From a virus (Duplodnaviria; Caudoviricetes), in the IMG/VR virus record IMGVR_UViG_3300035125_000018, positions 1 through 55,970 of that record: a stretch of DNA of 55,970 nucleotides; one strand, given 5' to 3'. Below the pieces are notes generated by a model. It did not search any database. It was not told where the DNA came from and saw only the letters and a program-made list of their open reading frames with translations. Of the stretch, positions 26,328-34,785 are shown one piece after another. Position numbers and translations under genes: made by a program. The stretch's first letter is position 1. Every line of letters begins with the position of its first letter.

Positions 26328-29300
26328 CACGGTGATCGGGTATCGGTGTTCCCTTGGTTCCTGTTTCTTGAGCGTTCTCCAAAATCTGTGCGTCAGTGAG
26401 CGCAGTTGTCCAGAACTTGTAGTCGTCAAAGTGACCTCTCCAGTAGTAGTTGTACGGCCCCGGCAGAACAACGTAGGAACCAAGGAAGATAGCATAGTCC
26501 GAGTTGTACGAAGCGTTCGTGAAGGTTCCAGCCGTATGTGCAATACCAGTCGTTACTTCAACCCCGTTCGTGAAGATATCGCAACCCGTCCAGCTGGTTC
26601 CTCCATCGTATCTGACAGTAAGATTGACCCATCCCTGTGAAGCTGTTATGGCCCCGCCTACGATGTTCTTGCCAATATAGACATTGTTATTGTCTTGCTG
26701 GAATACAACAAATATCAGATTGGCTCCAGAGTGCAGTACCAGCCAGTCACGCTTATAGCTGTAGCCTGTAGGATACTCCCACTTATACTTGACCATGATT
26801 CCCGCAGTCCCAGTCTTGTTGTCATTCGTTACCCAGAGAGAAGCGGTGAATCCGTTGGTCTGCCCCGAGTAGGCAGAAGGAGGATACTGCATCACCATTC
26901 TGTCGCCTGCCCCATCAAGATAGTAAGAATACTCGCCTCGTCCACGGTTCCGGCTACCACGCTGACGGTTCACGCCATCCTGAACCCATGTCGGCCCAAT
27001 ATCAGGAGTGCCGTCTGGGTAGAACATGGACGTTCGACCCGAACCATAATCTCTCATGTTGTCGTCATTTTCGCAGGAATAGTACAAGGCAAGATCATTC
27101 GTGGAAACAACGTCTATGGTTTCGTTGGTTCGGTTCGCCGCAGCGATTGTTGAAATCTGATTGCTCGTCAGTCCTGCATCGTAGTACCGAATATTATCAA
27201 CCAGACCGTGAAGAGGGTAACTTGTACTAAGACCGTATTTTGCTATTACCAGTGTGTTGTTCGTGCCAAGCGTGGAGTTGGTGCAGGTTGTCGCATCTTG
27301 AAGAACACCGTTCTTGTAAAGTTCCAGAGTCGTTCCACGAAGCGTCATGGCCCAATGCTGCCATTCATTCGTCACAACGTCTGCATTAGCTTCAGCGTAT
27401 ACCCAATCGCCAGCACCGTTCCTGTCCACATAGCCTCTGACACGATCAACAAGTTCGTAGTACATCAGTAAGTACCCGTTCTGATCAGCCGAATCAACAC
27501 AGGTCATTATACCTTGAACATTCGCTGGCCCTTCAAGATTAGTCCACTTCACCCAACACGCCATAGCAACATTCGTAGAACGGAAAACCGAGTTCGTTCC
27601 TCCATCAATATAGCTGTTCCCCGATCCGGCATTCTGATACGCCCGTTCAGTACAATCATAAGCCAACCCAATAAGCGTTCCGTCATTCCCGGCAAGACTT
27701 TCATCGGTGATGTATCCTGCGTTGTTCTGGAAAGGAATGTGCGTGATCGCAGCAACAGGATCGTTCCAGCCCGATTCATCACGACCTTGCTGGTACAGAC
27801 CCAAGACCTGTTCCGGAGTCAGCGCATCAGGAAAGAGAACAAACTCATCGAGGTCGCCTCGCGTATGCCATGACCTGGCCCAGTTGCATCCAACGTAAAG
27901 CAGGTAGCCAGGAGCGCCATCCGTACCACGAAGAAACGGATTCTGCGTAATGTTGTTGGTATAAGGGACAAGGGCAACTCCATCCTTGTAGACAGTGACC
28001 GCGGGTGACGCCTGCTTATCGAACGTCACGCAGAAATGACGCCACACGTTCGCATCGGAAGCGGTAGTATAAGCGTTCGAGGCAGCATAGTATTCACTTC
28101 CAGCGGCAGGTCTTGCATGAATACTGAACGCCTTGGCCGGCCGTGGACCTGTATCAGTAGCAGAGCCGCCGACCTTCACATCCCAAATGTCTACGTTGTC
28201 AAACGTCAGCTCTGTTGACCAATCAGAGAACCGTGGATGATTGTCTGGATCGCTGTCACGCCGCCACCATGAGATCGTGCAGGTATTCGTGTCGCCAAGG
28301 TTGTTCGGCTGGCCTTGTTGTGTCCTCCCGTATGGACGCCAGTACGTCAGCCATATAGCATCGTTTACGCCATCGAAGGTCAAGTAGCCTTGCCCGTTCG
28401 TTTCTGCCCAAGAAGGCTCGGACACACTCCCAAAACGTCCGATCAAAGATGGACAATTCGTTCCGGTCGGAACAGCTCGCCAACTATTGATCGTATTCGT
28501 GAAGGCCCAACGCAGCCTCAATCCATCGTTCGTCGGAAAAACTCCGTTGTTGTAGTAGTTCGACCAGCCAGCTTCCCCAACGATACTACCGCGAATGAAG
28601 AACGCCTCCGAGTAGTACATACCCTGGCCTTCCCAAGTGTCGTAGCCGTTCATCATAAACTGGTGATCGTTGCTGGTTACACCGTCTACCGTCATGTTGC
28701 TTCCAACATACTCGCCGTCAATCGAAACGTAGAGTGCGTTGTTGTCGTCGTCGAAGTCCATCCCCAGGAGATGCCACTGATCGTCATTCAGATTCGCGTT
28801 GGGGATCGTCACTCGTTCATCATCGCCATCGAAAAAAGCTGCGATCAAGTTCGTATACGAAGCGCCGGCAGAACCATCTATCCGGAAACCCCATCCGTTA
28901 CCCCATGTTCCTTTGCAGAGCATGAACTGGTAGTTGTTATCTGAGGCTGCCAGCGTAGACGGGATCTTCACCCACACACCTGCAGAGCTGTTGGTGTTCA
29001 TATTGAGGCCCGGATCAGTCAATCCACCGGGATGTCCTACCGCCCAAGCGTACTCACACCAGCCATACGTCATAAAGTAGACGCTGCCGTAGAGATCATC
29101 TAGCGGGCCATCCTCGAACCAGAACCAATAATCTCGCACCGCCGCGCCACCATACGATTTGGCATAGTTATCGTTCCCTGACAGATCAGGCTGGAAGTTC
29201 GTCGGCGAATGAGAGAAAGACCGGATATTGAAGTCCCATCCCATCGTCGGATTACCCGGATCCGTTGGAGTGACTACAGCAACACGAACGAAGCCTCGTC

Positions 29301-29373
29301 CTCGCTGAACTATGACAACAGCCGATGCCACTCCAGCGATCAGGAGCAGCACGACAACGATCAACTTCTTCAT
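26311..29373 (-). CDS. Large secreted protein with about four LamG/concanavalin-like domains (receptor-binding candidate)
   Basis: Signal MKKLIVVVLLLIAGVASA; repeated WVK / W-H / YxxG / GxxD..-LT..QI LamG motifs. Confidence 0.85.
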   Translation of the reverse strand: MKKLIVVVLLLIAGVASAVVIVQRGRGFVRVAVVTPTDPGNPTMGWDFNIRSFSHSPTNFQPDLSGNDNYAKSYGGAAVRDYWFWFEDGPLDDLYGSVYFMTYGWCEYAWAVGHPGGLTDPGLNMNTNSSAGVWVKIPSTLAASDNNYQFMLCKGTWGNGWGFRIDGSAGASYTNLIAAFFDGDDERVTIPNANLNDDQWHLLGMDFDDDNNALYVSIDGEYVGSNMTVDGVTSNDHQFMMNGYDTWEGQGMYYSEAFFIRGSIVGEAGWSNYYNNGVFPTNDGLRLRWAFTNTINSWRAVPTGTNCPSLIGRFGSVSEPSWAETNGQGYLTFDGVNDAIWLTYWRPYGRTQQGQPNNLGDTNTCTISWWRRDSDPDNHPRFSDWSTELTFDNVDIWDVKVGGSATDTGPRPAKAFSIHARPAAGSEYYAASNAYTTASDANVWRHFCVTFDKQASPAVTVYKDGVALVPYTNNITQNPFLRGTDGAPGYLLYVGCNWARSWHTRGDLDEFVLFPDALTPEQVLGLYQQGRDESGWNDPVAAITHIPFQNNAGYITDESLAGNDGTLIGLAYDCTERAYQNAGSGNSYIDGGTNSVFRSTNVAMACWVKWTNLEGPANVQGIMTCVDSADQNGYLLMYYELVDRVRGYVDRNGAGDWVYAEANADVVTNEWQHWAMTLRGTTLELYKNGVLQDATTCTNSTLGTNNTLVIAKYGLSTSYPLHGLVDNIRYYDAGLTSNQISTIAAANRTNETIDVVSTNDLALYYSCENDDNMRDYGSGRTSMFYPDGTPDIGPTWVQDGVNRQRGSRNRGRGEYSYYLDGAGDRMVMQYPPSAYSGQTNGFTASLWVTNDNKTGTAGIMVKYKWEYPTGYSYKRDWLVLHSGANLIFVVFQQDNNNVYIGKNIVGGAITASQGWVNLTVRYDGGTSWTGCDIFTNGVEVTTGIAHTAGTFTNASYNSDYAIFLGSYVVLPGPYNYYWRGHFDDYKFWTTALTDAQILENAQETGTKGTPIPDHRDENNY

Positions 29374-29382
29374 GCGCTCCTC

Positions 29383-31362
29383 CTATGGACAGGATATCAG
29401 GAAGTCTACGCTGATCAGATTCGTGCTTGCGAAGGCCGACAGACCGGATGGAATGAATCCTATCCTCATCCCGTTGGTCACGGCCGCGGATCCGGAAAAG
29501 CTCGAGTCGGCCGTTCCGGTGGCATTGGCAGCGATCCCGCTGTCAACCGTGTTGTAGGTATACCATCCCTGGCTTCGATGTTGGGAGACTACCGTTACGG
29601 CGCCTGTCGCTCCATGAGCCTTCGCGTAAATCTCTGTGATCGTACAGGATCTAGTTCCGAACGGGTTGGCCATCCAGTAGGCTATCCCATTCGTCATATC
29701 CTGAATCTCAAGAGTGAACGATCGAACGATGTTCGTCTGATTCGCGTTGTTCTTGTAACCGGCAGCCGCATGATCTCCCCAACCGTAGGCCGTATCCCAT
29801 TTGTTCGACTCACTTTCAACGTACTTGTAGAGAGGATCGTTGGTAGTGACCAGGCCGGTAAAGTTGGTTGAGCCAGCCAGCCTGACTCCATTGACAAAAG
29901 CATTCGTGCCGAGAAGAACCCGAACACCAGATCCCCTGTAATCCTGATCTCCTGCCGTGACCGTATTCGGACCATCATTCGTCATGAGATTAGCTGGCAG
30001 GGTGGATATGAAGTTCGATGGATTACTGGCCTTATAGTACAAGTTCGATTCCGAGGTCCATATAGGATCTGTTTCAACAAATCCTGTCAGATAACCAGCG
30101 TCATTCGCGAAGAAACTGACGTTCGTAGGATACGAGTAGTTCAACATCCGTCCCGATCGAGCAACGGAGAAGTTCGTACCGGGCTGCACGGATCCGTTCG
30201 TAACCGCGATCTGATAGATCGGATCATTCGTATAGACAACGCGATTGCTGTTGGAGTTCCAGTCGGGATCCAGTTCGGCAGTCAGAAATCCCGGGTCGTT
30301 ATTGTACTGGCTCAGATTCGTCCAGCCGCCTTCCTGGCCGAGCTGAACATAGGCAACACCATCCGTGTTCGCAAACGGGATATACACAAGAGCCTGACCG
30401 TTCGTGAACCTGAGAAATGGATTCCTGTTATGGGTCCACGAAGATCCAACCGTATTGAAATTCGAAGCAGAGATCTCTTTGAACGGCATCTGCTGAGATC
30501 CGATGGATGTAGCATTGGACCCGATCGGCATGATGGAGTTGCTGACAATCAGCATACCGTTGATGAAGAAACGCCGATTATCAAACTCACCATAGACCAG
30601 AGCATTTGTCGTACGGGAATACGCAGGGTTCCCATCAATGATGAGAGTATACGGCCGATTCACACTATACCCCGCTTCCCGACCAATAAAGACACAGTTG
30701 CTATTCCCGTAGGCAGTAGAATAACCGGCGCGAGGCCCGATCATCACGGAGTACTGAGCATTATTAGCTCCCCATCGGCCGGTATAGTACCCAATGAGAA
30801 CGGCCTGATCGTAGTTGGTTGATGTCGTGCCGGCTCCCCATCCAAGAGCTGTTCCATAACTAGTATCATTTGCTCCCGTCCCTGCTCGGGTTCCGATAAA
30901 CGTAGAACCAGGCACTCGTCGCGCTACATTTCCGGCGAGCGATCCGTATGCTGTCAGCTCTGTGCTGCTCTCGGCAAAACGACCGGCATAGTATCCAACG
31001 ATCGTCTGAAACGTACTGTTCGATGCAAACTCGCCAGCGTGATAACCAATATAGATCGAATCGGCCGAGTTGACTGCTTCCTTCCCGGCGCTGTGATCAG
31101 TACCAATCGCGAGAACACCGTTGGTATTAAGAACATTCAAAAAACCAGTGATGTTCAAATTCGTGGCACTACTGTTCGTGAACCAGAGATTGTCAATCCA
31201 CGCGTTCGAAAAAAACTGAGTTGTCCCAGGATCGTAGGTGTTGTTCTGAGAAGTACGAACAACGTCGCCCGGAAGCGTGAAGTCTGCCGTCGGGTTCACA
31301 ACGCCAGCAATAAGAACCGAGGCGATCAAAACGATCGCCGCAGCGAAAAGAAGATGCTTCAT
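29383..31362 (-). CDS. Signal-peptide-bearing trimeric tail fibre with YadA-head-like repeats
   Basis: Signal MKHLLFAAAIVLIASVLIA; ~8 (I/V/L)GxxAG repeats; ETDP/ELDP, NDAGYLT and WDTAYGWGDHAAAGY fibre motifs. Confidence 0.8.
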   Translation of the reverse strand: MKHLLFAAAIVLIASVLIAGVVNPTADFTLPGDVVRTSQNNTYDPGTTQFFSNAWIDNLWFTNSSATNLNITGFLNVLNTNGVLAIGTDHSAGKEAVNSADSIYIGYHAGEFASNSTFQTIVGYYAGRFAESSTELTAYGSLAGNVARRVPGSTFIGTRAGTGANDTSYGTALGWGAGTTSTNYDQAVLIGYYTGRWGANNAQYSVMIGPRAGYSTAYGNSNCVFIGREAGYSVNRPYTLIIDGNPAYSRTTNALVYGEFDNRRFFINGMLIVSNSIMPIGSNATSIGSQQMPFKEISASNFNTVGSSWTHNRNPFLRFTNGQALVYIPFANTDGVAYVQLGQEGGWTNLSQYNNDPGFLTAELDPDWNSNSNRVVYTNDPIYQIAVTNGSVQPGTNFSVARSGRMLNYSYPTNVSFFANDAGYLTGFVETDPIWTSESNLYYKASNPSNFISTLPANLMTNDGPNTVTAGDQDYRGSGVRVLLGTNAFVNGVRLAGSTNFTGLVTTNDPLYKYVESESNKWDTAYGWGDHAAAGYKNNANQTNIVRSFTLEIQDMTNGIAYWMANPFGTRSCTITEIYAKAHGATGAVTVVSQHRSQGWYTYNTVDSGIAANATGTADSSFSGSAAVTNGMRIGFIPSGLSAFASTNLISVDFLISCP

Positions 31363-31363
31363 C

Positions 31364-31912
31364 CTAGTACTCCTGAGTTAGCGCCCTCGCGGGTTGGTCT
31401 ATGCAGATTGCGTACACGGCAAGCTGAAGCTGTTCCTCGCTGGCCCAAGCTGTTCCACCAGGCTTCAAGAGGATCCCGGCATTCGTGACCGCAGGATACC
31501 CATAGGCAAGCCAGATATCATTCGTGCCGCCATTCCCGATCTCGATACCTGTACGATCCCGAGGCTGGACGCGCCGCCAAACGTTCGTTGTGCCATCGGC
31601 AGCATCGCCCCAGGCATGATCAGGCATCGTGACGGTGACGTACTTGTTCGTGACTGGAGACACGTTCCAGTACACGCGATCGGTATGGCTGGTACTACGA
31701 CACAGATCTCCGTTGCCATACGCACGACCGGCCTCCCAATTTCGCGCGGCCCGGACACGCGGCGCCGCGATCATGAGAGAGTACGTCTGCAGGTTAAATC
31801 CGGCTGGCCGCACTCGGTAATTCTTGACACCGCCGGCGAACGCGAAAACTCCGGCCATGAGTGCGACCAGCACGAAAGCTATACTTGCATAGAGGATACG
31901 CTTCATCTTCAA
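31364..31912 (-). CDS. Secreted virion-associated protein
   Basis: Signal KRILYASIAFVLVALMAGVFAFA; WEAGRAYGNGDLC carbohydrate-binding-like motif; C-terminal IGNGGTNDIWLAYG...GILLKPGG. Confidence 0.7.
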   Translation of the reverse strand: MKMKRILYASIAFVLVALMAGVFAFAGGVKNYRVRPAGFNLQTYSLMIAAPRVRAARNWEAGRAYGNGDLCRSTSHTDRVYWNVSPVTNKYVTVTMPDHAWGDAADGTTNVWRRVQPRDRTGIEIGNGGTNDIWLAYGYPAVTNAGILLKPGGTAWASEEQLQLAVYAICIDQPARALTQEY

Positions 31913-31918
31913 TCTCCT

Positions 31919-32551
31919 TTAACCTATTGCGATCCAGTTAATGTTCACGGTCCTGTCCACAGGAAAGTCGTTGCAGCCATAGATCTTGAATCCAAGGTAA
32001 TCAGCATCCCGAACATAGACAGAAAACAGATTCGCGAGATCCGAGTCAACATCAACCGTAAGAACGACAATCGGATTAACCGCCGCACCAAACGGAACCT
32101 GATACGTCACGGTTGTTAGTTCCTCATCGTCGTTACCCGATGTCATGTCAATAGCCTCTTCCTGGCCGGATAGAACCTGCACGTTCTGCGTAACCGGAGA
32201 AACAATCTTGTATGGATTCGGAGGACCGACCTGAAACATGATCGAGCCTTCGGGGGCCACGGTCCCGGGAGAAGAGTTGACAAGAACGCCGGTATTCACC
32301 ATCGCCAATCCGGTAACTCCTACGCGACCGATAATCTGCATGAAGCCAAGACCATCAATGTAGACATATGCACCGATCGCCCAATGATTACTATTGCACA
32401 CGATAACCGTTGTCGTACCTCCAATGCTCGGCATACTCACAGCCGAGGCAATCGCTTCCCACATATAGGAAGTGTTGCAGGCCGCAGCCTCGGGAGTCTC
32501 TGCGACACAATGAATCGTGCAGTCCGGGGGAAGTATTACAGGATCAGTCAT
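31919..32551 (-). CDS. Virion structural protein (no signal peptide); C-terminal H-type-lectin-like domain
   Basis: VTYQVPFG..PIVVLT...GFKI...INWIAIG pattern typical of fibre-tip domains. Confidence 0.6.
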   Translation of the reverse strand: MTDPVILPPDCTIHCVAETPEAAACNTSYMWEAIASAVSMPSIGGTTTVIVCNSNHWAIGAYVYIDGLGFMQIIGRVGVTGLAMVNTGVLVNSSPGTVAPEGSIMFQVGPPNPYKIVSPVTQNVQVLSGQEEAIDMTSGNDDEELTTVTYQVPFGAAVNPIVVLTVDVDSDLANLFSVYVRDADYLGFKIYGCNDFPVDRTVNINWIAIG

Positions 32552-32562
32552 TTCATTTCTCC

Positions 32563-34212
32563 TTAGCTGATTCCAGGGGCTACCTGTAGTCGAAGCGGAT
32601 TCCGTACAGCATGAACACCGGCATACGGGCTGAACGTGATATCAAATATCGGATGCCCGGTAGAAGGATCCAACGTGACAGTCATATTGTGGATCGTAAG
32701 ATTCCACTTCACGCCGGGGTGAACGTGTCCAACCTCATGAGGTGTTCCGTTATCATAGATCTTTACTCCGGTCGTAGATCCATCTCCCCAAGTCTTTGAG
32801 TACTGGTAGGCGTTCCCGCCATATCCAACGTAGGTCATTGGTGTGATGTTGACGCCACCCCCGCCAGGATAAGACCATGTATACTTTGCATCTATCGGGC
32901 CGGCCAGCGGAGTCTGCACCTTGATATGAACCTCAACCAAACTGGATCCAGTCTCGGACGGATTTGCAGGATTCTCGGCCTGGGCTTCCAGAGTACCGCC
33001 GTTGTAATCACCAGCTCCATCCCCAGCTGGCGTATACTCGAGCGTTCCCGGCTGATTGCCTCCTGCAATAAGACCTGTTCCATTCGGAGGCGTAACAACG
33101 AATGCACCAGACAAACCCCCGTCCGGAGTATTGACCATCGTGAAGTCAACCGGGACAAGAGCGTTATTCTGAAGAACCCAATCTTCAGACACAGGGTTGT
33201 TGTCGAGAGGCACTACGGACATCACGATCGGATCCGGCGTAAGATCCACGGCGATCACAGCCGCTTCGAATGTTATCACCTTTGAGTCCGTTGTAATTGC
33301 ATCGTCGGCACAAGCGGCCACTTCATGCGTATGAATCGTCACAATGCAGGAAAGAGTCTCTGTGGCAACAGGAGCCGAAGTAAATTCTACATCGAAGTTC
33401 CGAACAATCTCATCGGAGATCGGACCCAAACATCCAGCCGGCACGGTAACATCAGAACCGGCCGGCCAAGTTCCCTGCTTCTCAACAGTAATCCTGTAGT
33501 AACCTGTAACTCCGTGAATGTTGGAAAACTCGACGTTGACTGTAGAGTCGCCCGTACCGCTATCTACTGTTCCTGTCTGTGACTCAGAAGTTTCAAAACG
33601 AAACACCGGACGAATTACCCAAGGATCAGGTTCCGAATCCGTTGGGAGTAACACGTTCTGCTGATTCTCATCTCCGGGTTCCGGATAGAAATTATCCCAA
33701 TTCGGCTCACCGGGATATACACCTGTAGGCGTTACAGGCTGCGTAGGATAACGACGAAGATTCAGGCTACCTTGCTGATTGTACGGATACGGAAGCAGAG
33801 GTGTTGGAATCGGCAACGGATTCGGAGGCCGTATCGGTGGTATCGGCGCAGGAGGCACTTGCGGTAGCGGTGGTATTCTCAGCCAGAGCTGTTCACCATT
33901 TGGATCCGGCAGAATAACCGTCCACGGAAAGATCGGATTCATTTCATCGTCAAAGATCTCGGGCTCGGCCTGCCAGTTCTGATCGGACTCAAACCAGATC
34001 GTGGCAAAAGGAAGTTCCTCTCCCGGATAGATAGTGAAGCTGAACCAGATTGGTTCCCCGTTCTCGTAGTAGTCGGCCGTGAGCATGGCCGGCGAATAGA
34101 ACCCGCGCTCCCAAGGAACCCAATCCGCAATCTGTGTGAGAGAGTCAGGGGACCAGCATCGAGAACAACCGCAACCAGCTCTATGACAACACTCGGAGGT
34201 TTCGCAAGTCAT
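32563..34212 (-). CDS. Pro-rich virion structural/decoration protein with Cys-rich N-terminus and Ig-like domains
   Basis: GGGGAG RBS before ATG 34212 (MTCETSECCHRAGCGCSRC); Pro-rich linker; beta-rich acidic C-terminus. Confidence 0.6.
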   Translation of the reverse strand: MTCETSECCHRAGCGCSRCWSPDSLTQIADWVPWERGFYSPAMLTADYYENGEPIWFSFTIYPGEELPFATIWFESDQNWQAEPEIFDDEMNPIFPWTVILPDPNGEQLWLRIPPLPQVPPAPIPPIRPPNPLPIPTPLLPYPYNQQGSLNLRRYPTQPVTPTGVYPGEPNWDNFYPEPGDENQQNVLLPTDSEPDPWVIRPVFRFETSESQTGTVDSGTGDSTVNVEFSNIHGVTGYYRITVEKQGTWPAGSDVTVPAGCLGPISDEIVRNFDVEFTSAPVATETLSCIVTIHTHEVAACADDAITTDSKVITFEAAVIAVDLTPDPIVMSVVPLDNNPVSEDWVLQNNALVPVDFTMVNTPDGGLSGAFVVTPPNGTGLIAGGNQPGTLEYTPAGDGAGDYNGGTLEAQAENPANPSETGSSLVEVHIKVQTPLAGPIDAKYTWSYPGGGGVNITPMTYVGYGGNAYQYSKTWGDGSTTGVKIYDNGTPHEVGHVHPGVKWNLTIHNMTVTLDPSTGHPIFDITFSPYAGVHAVRNPLRLQVAPGIS

Positions 34213-34224
34213 ATCGCTCCCCGT

Positions 34225-34259
34225 AAAGCAAGGCCGCCTGCATGGAACAGACGGCCTTG
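34225..34259 (-). terminator. Hairpin, probable terminator/attenuator
   Basis: caaggccgtctg...caggcggccttg stem followed by cttt on the - strand. Confidence 0.5.
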
Positions 34260-34286
34260 TTGGATACAACTGAAACCGTCAGCCTG

Positions 34287-34691
34287 CTATATCTGCCGCC
34301 AGTCGTTGGTGGTCAGACCGACGGAGATCCAGGCCGCGCCGACACTGTTCGTGTTGCCGACGAGGATTTCCCCAAGCATAACCGGCTGGTATGCTGTCGT
34401 GGTTGTGGTCGTGTTCGTGTCAACCGTGACCAGGGGGAGCTTGCTTCCACGATACTGCACCGTATCGTCGTCCGCGTTCGAGCCTGTCCCGATCTGACAG
34501 GCGCGATCGGCGTCCACCGAACTCATACCATCGCATGAGCTGAGAGCAATGCTCCCGGTGGAGTCGGCCGAGATCACGGACCCGAAGCCGAGCTTGTGAT
34601 TCTGTGTGCCCTGCTGAACGAACGTGGCCCCGGTCAAAAACCCGACCACCAGCACGCAGATAACCAAGGTGATAACGTGAGCTTTCTTCAT
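34287..34691 (-). CDS. Secreted protein directly after the major capsid gene
   Basis: MKKAHVITLVICVLVVGFLTGA signal; AGGAGA RBS. Confidence 0.7.
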   Translation of the reverse strand: MKKAHVITLVICVLVVGFLTGATFVQQGTQNHKLGFGSVISADSTGSIALSSCDGMSSVDADRACQIGTGSNADDDTVQYRGSKLPLVTVDTNTTTTTTAYQPVMLGEILVGNTNSVGAAWISVGLTTNDWRQI

Positions 34692-34742
34692 GTTCCAATT
34701 TCTCCTGTTGAATTGAACTTCTACTGTCCCACCTCGAAAGAT

Positions 34743-34771
34743 CGCCGAGGGAGCGTCATGCTCCCCCGGCG
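34743..34771 (-). terminator. Hairpin after the capsid gene
   Basis: cgccgggggagc-atgac-gctccctcggcg GC-rich stem on the - strand; weak U tract. Confidence 0.55.
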
Positions 34772-34785
34772 TTGCTACTTACTGT

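Noticed and set aside
7221-29385. Amber readthrough/recoding: TAG stops at 7231, 19998, 24412 and 29383 are in frame with the next ATG
   Set aside because: Three are TAGGAG-N6-ATG, explained by the stop overlapping the SD; genes are intact in code 11, and fusions would bury signal peptides
21790-31912. Secreted block as captured host DNA or a chimeric assembly
   Set aside because: Genes are co-oriented, translationally coupled to the flanking virion genes and contain phage fibre motifs
21790-34691. Diversity-generating retroelement or shufflon acting on fibres
   Set aside because: No reverse transcriptase or invertase, and no template/variable repeat pair seen
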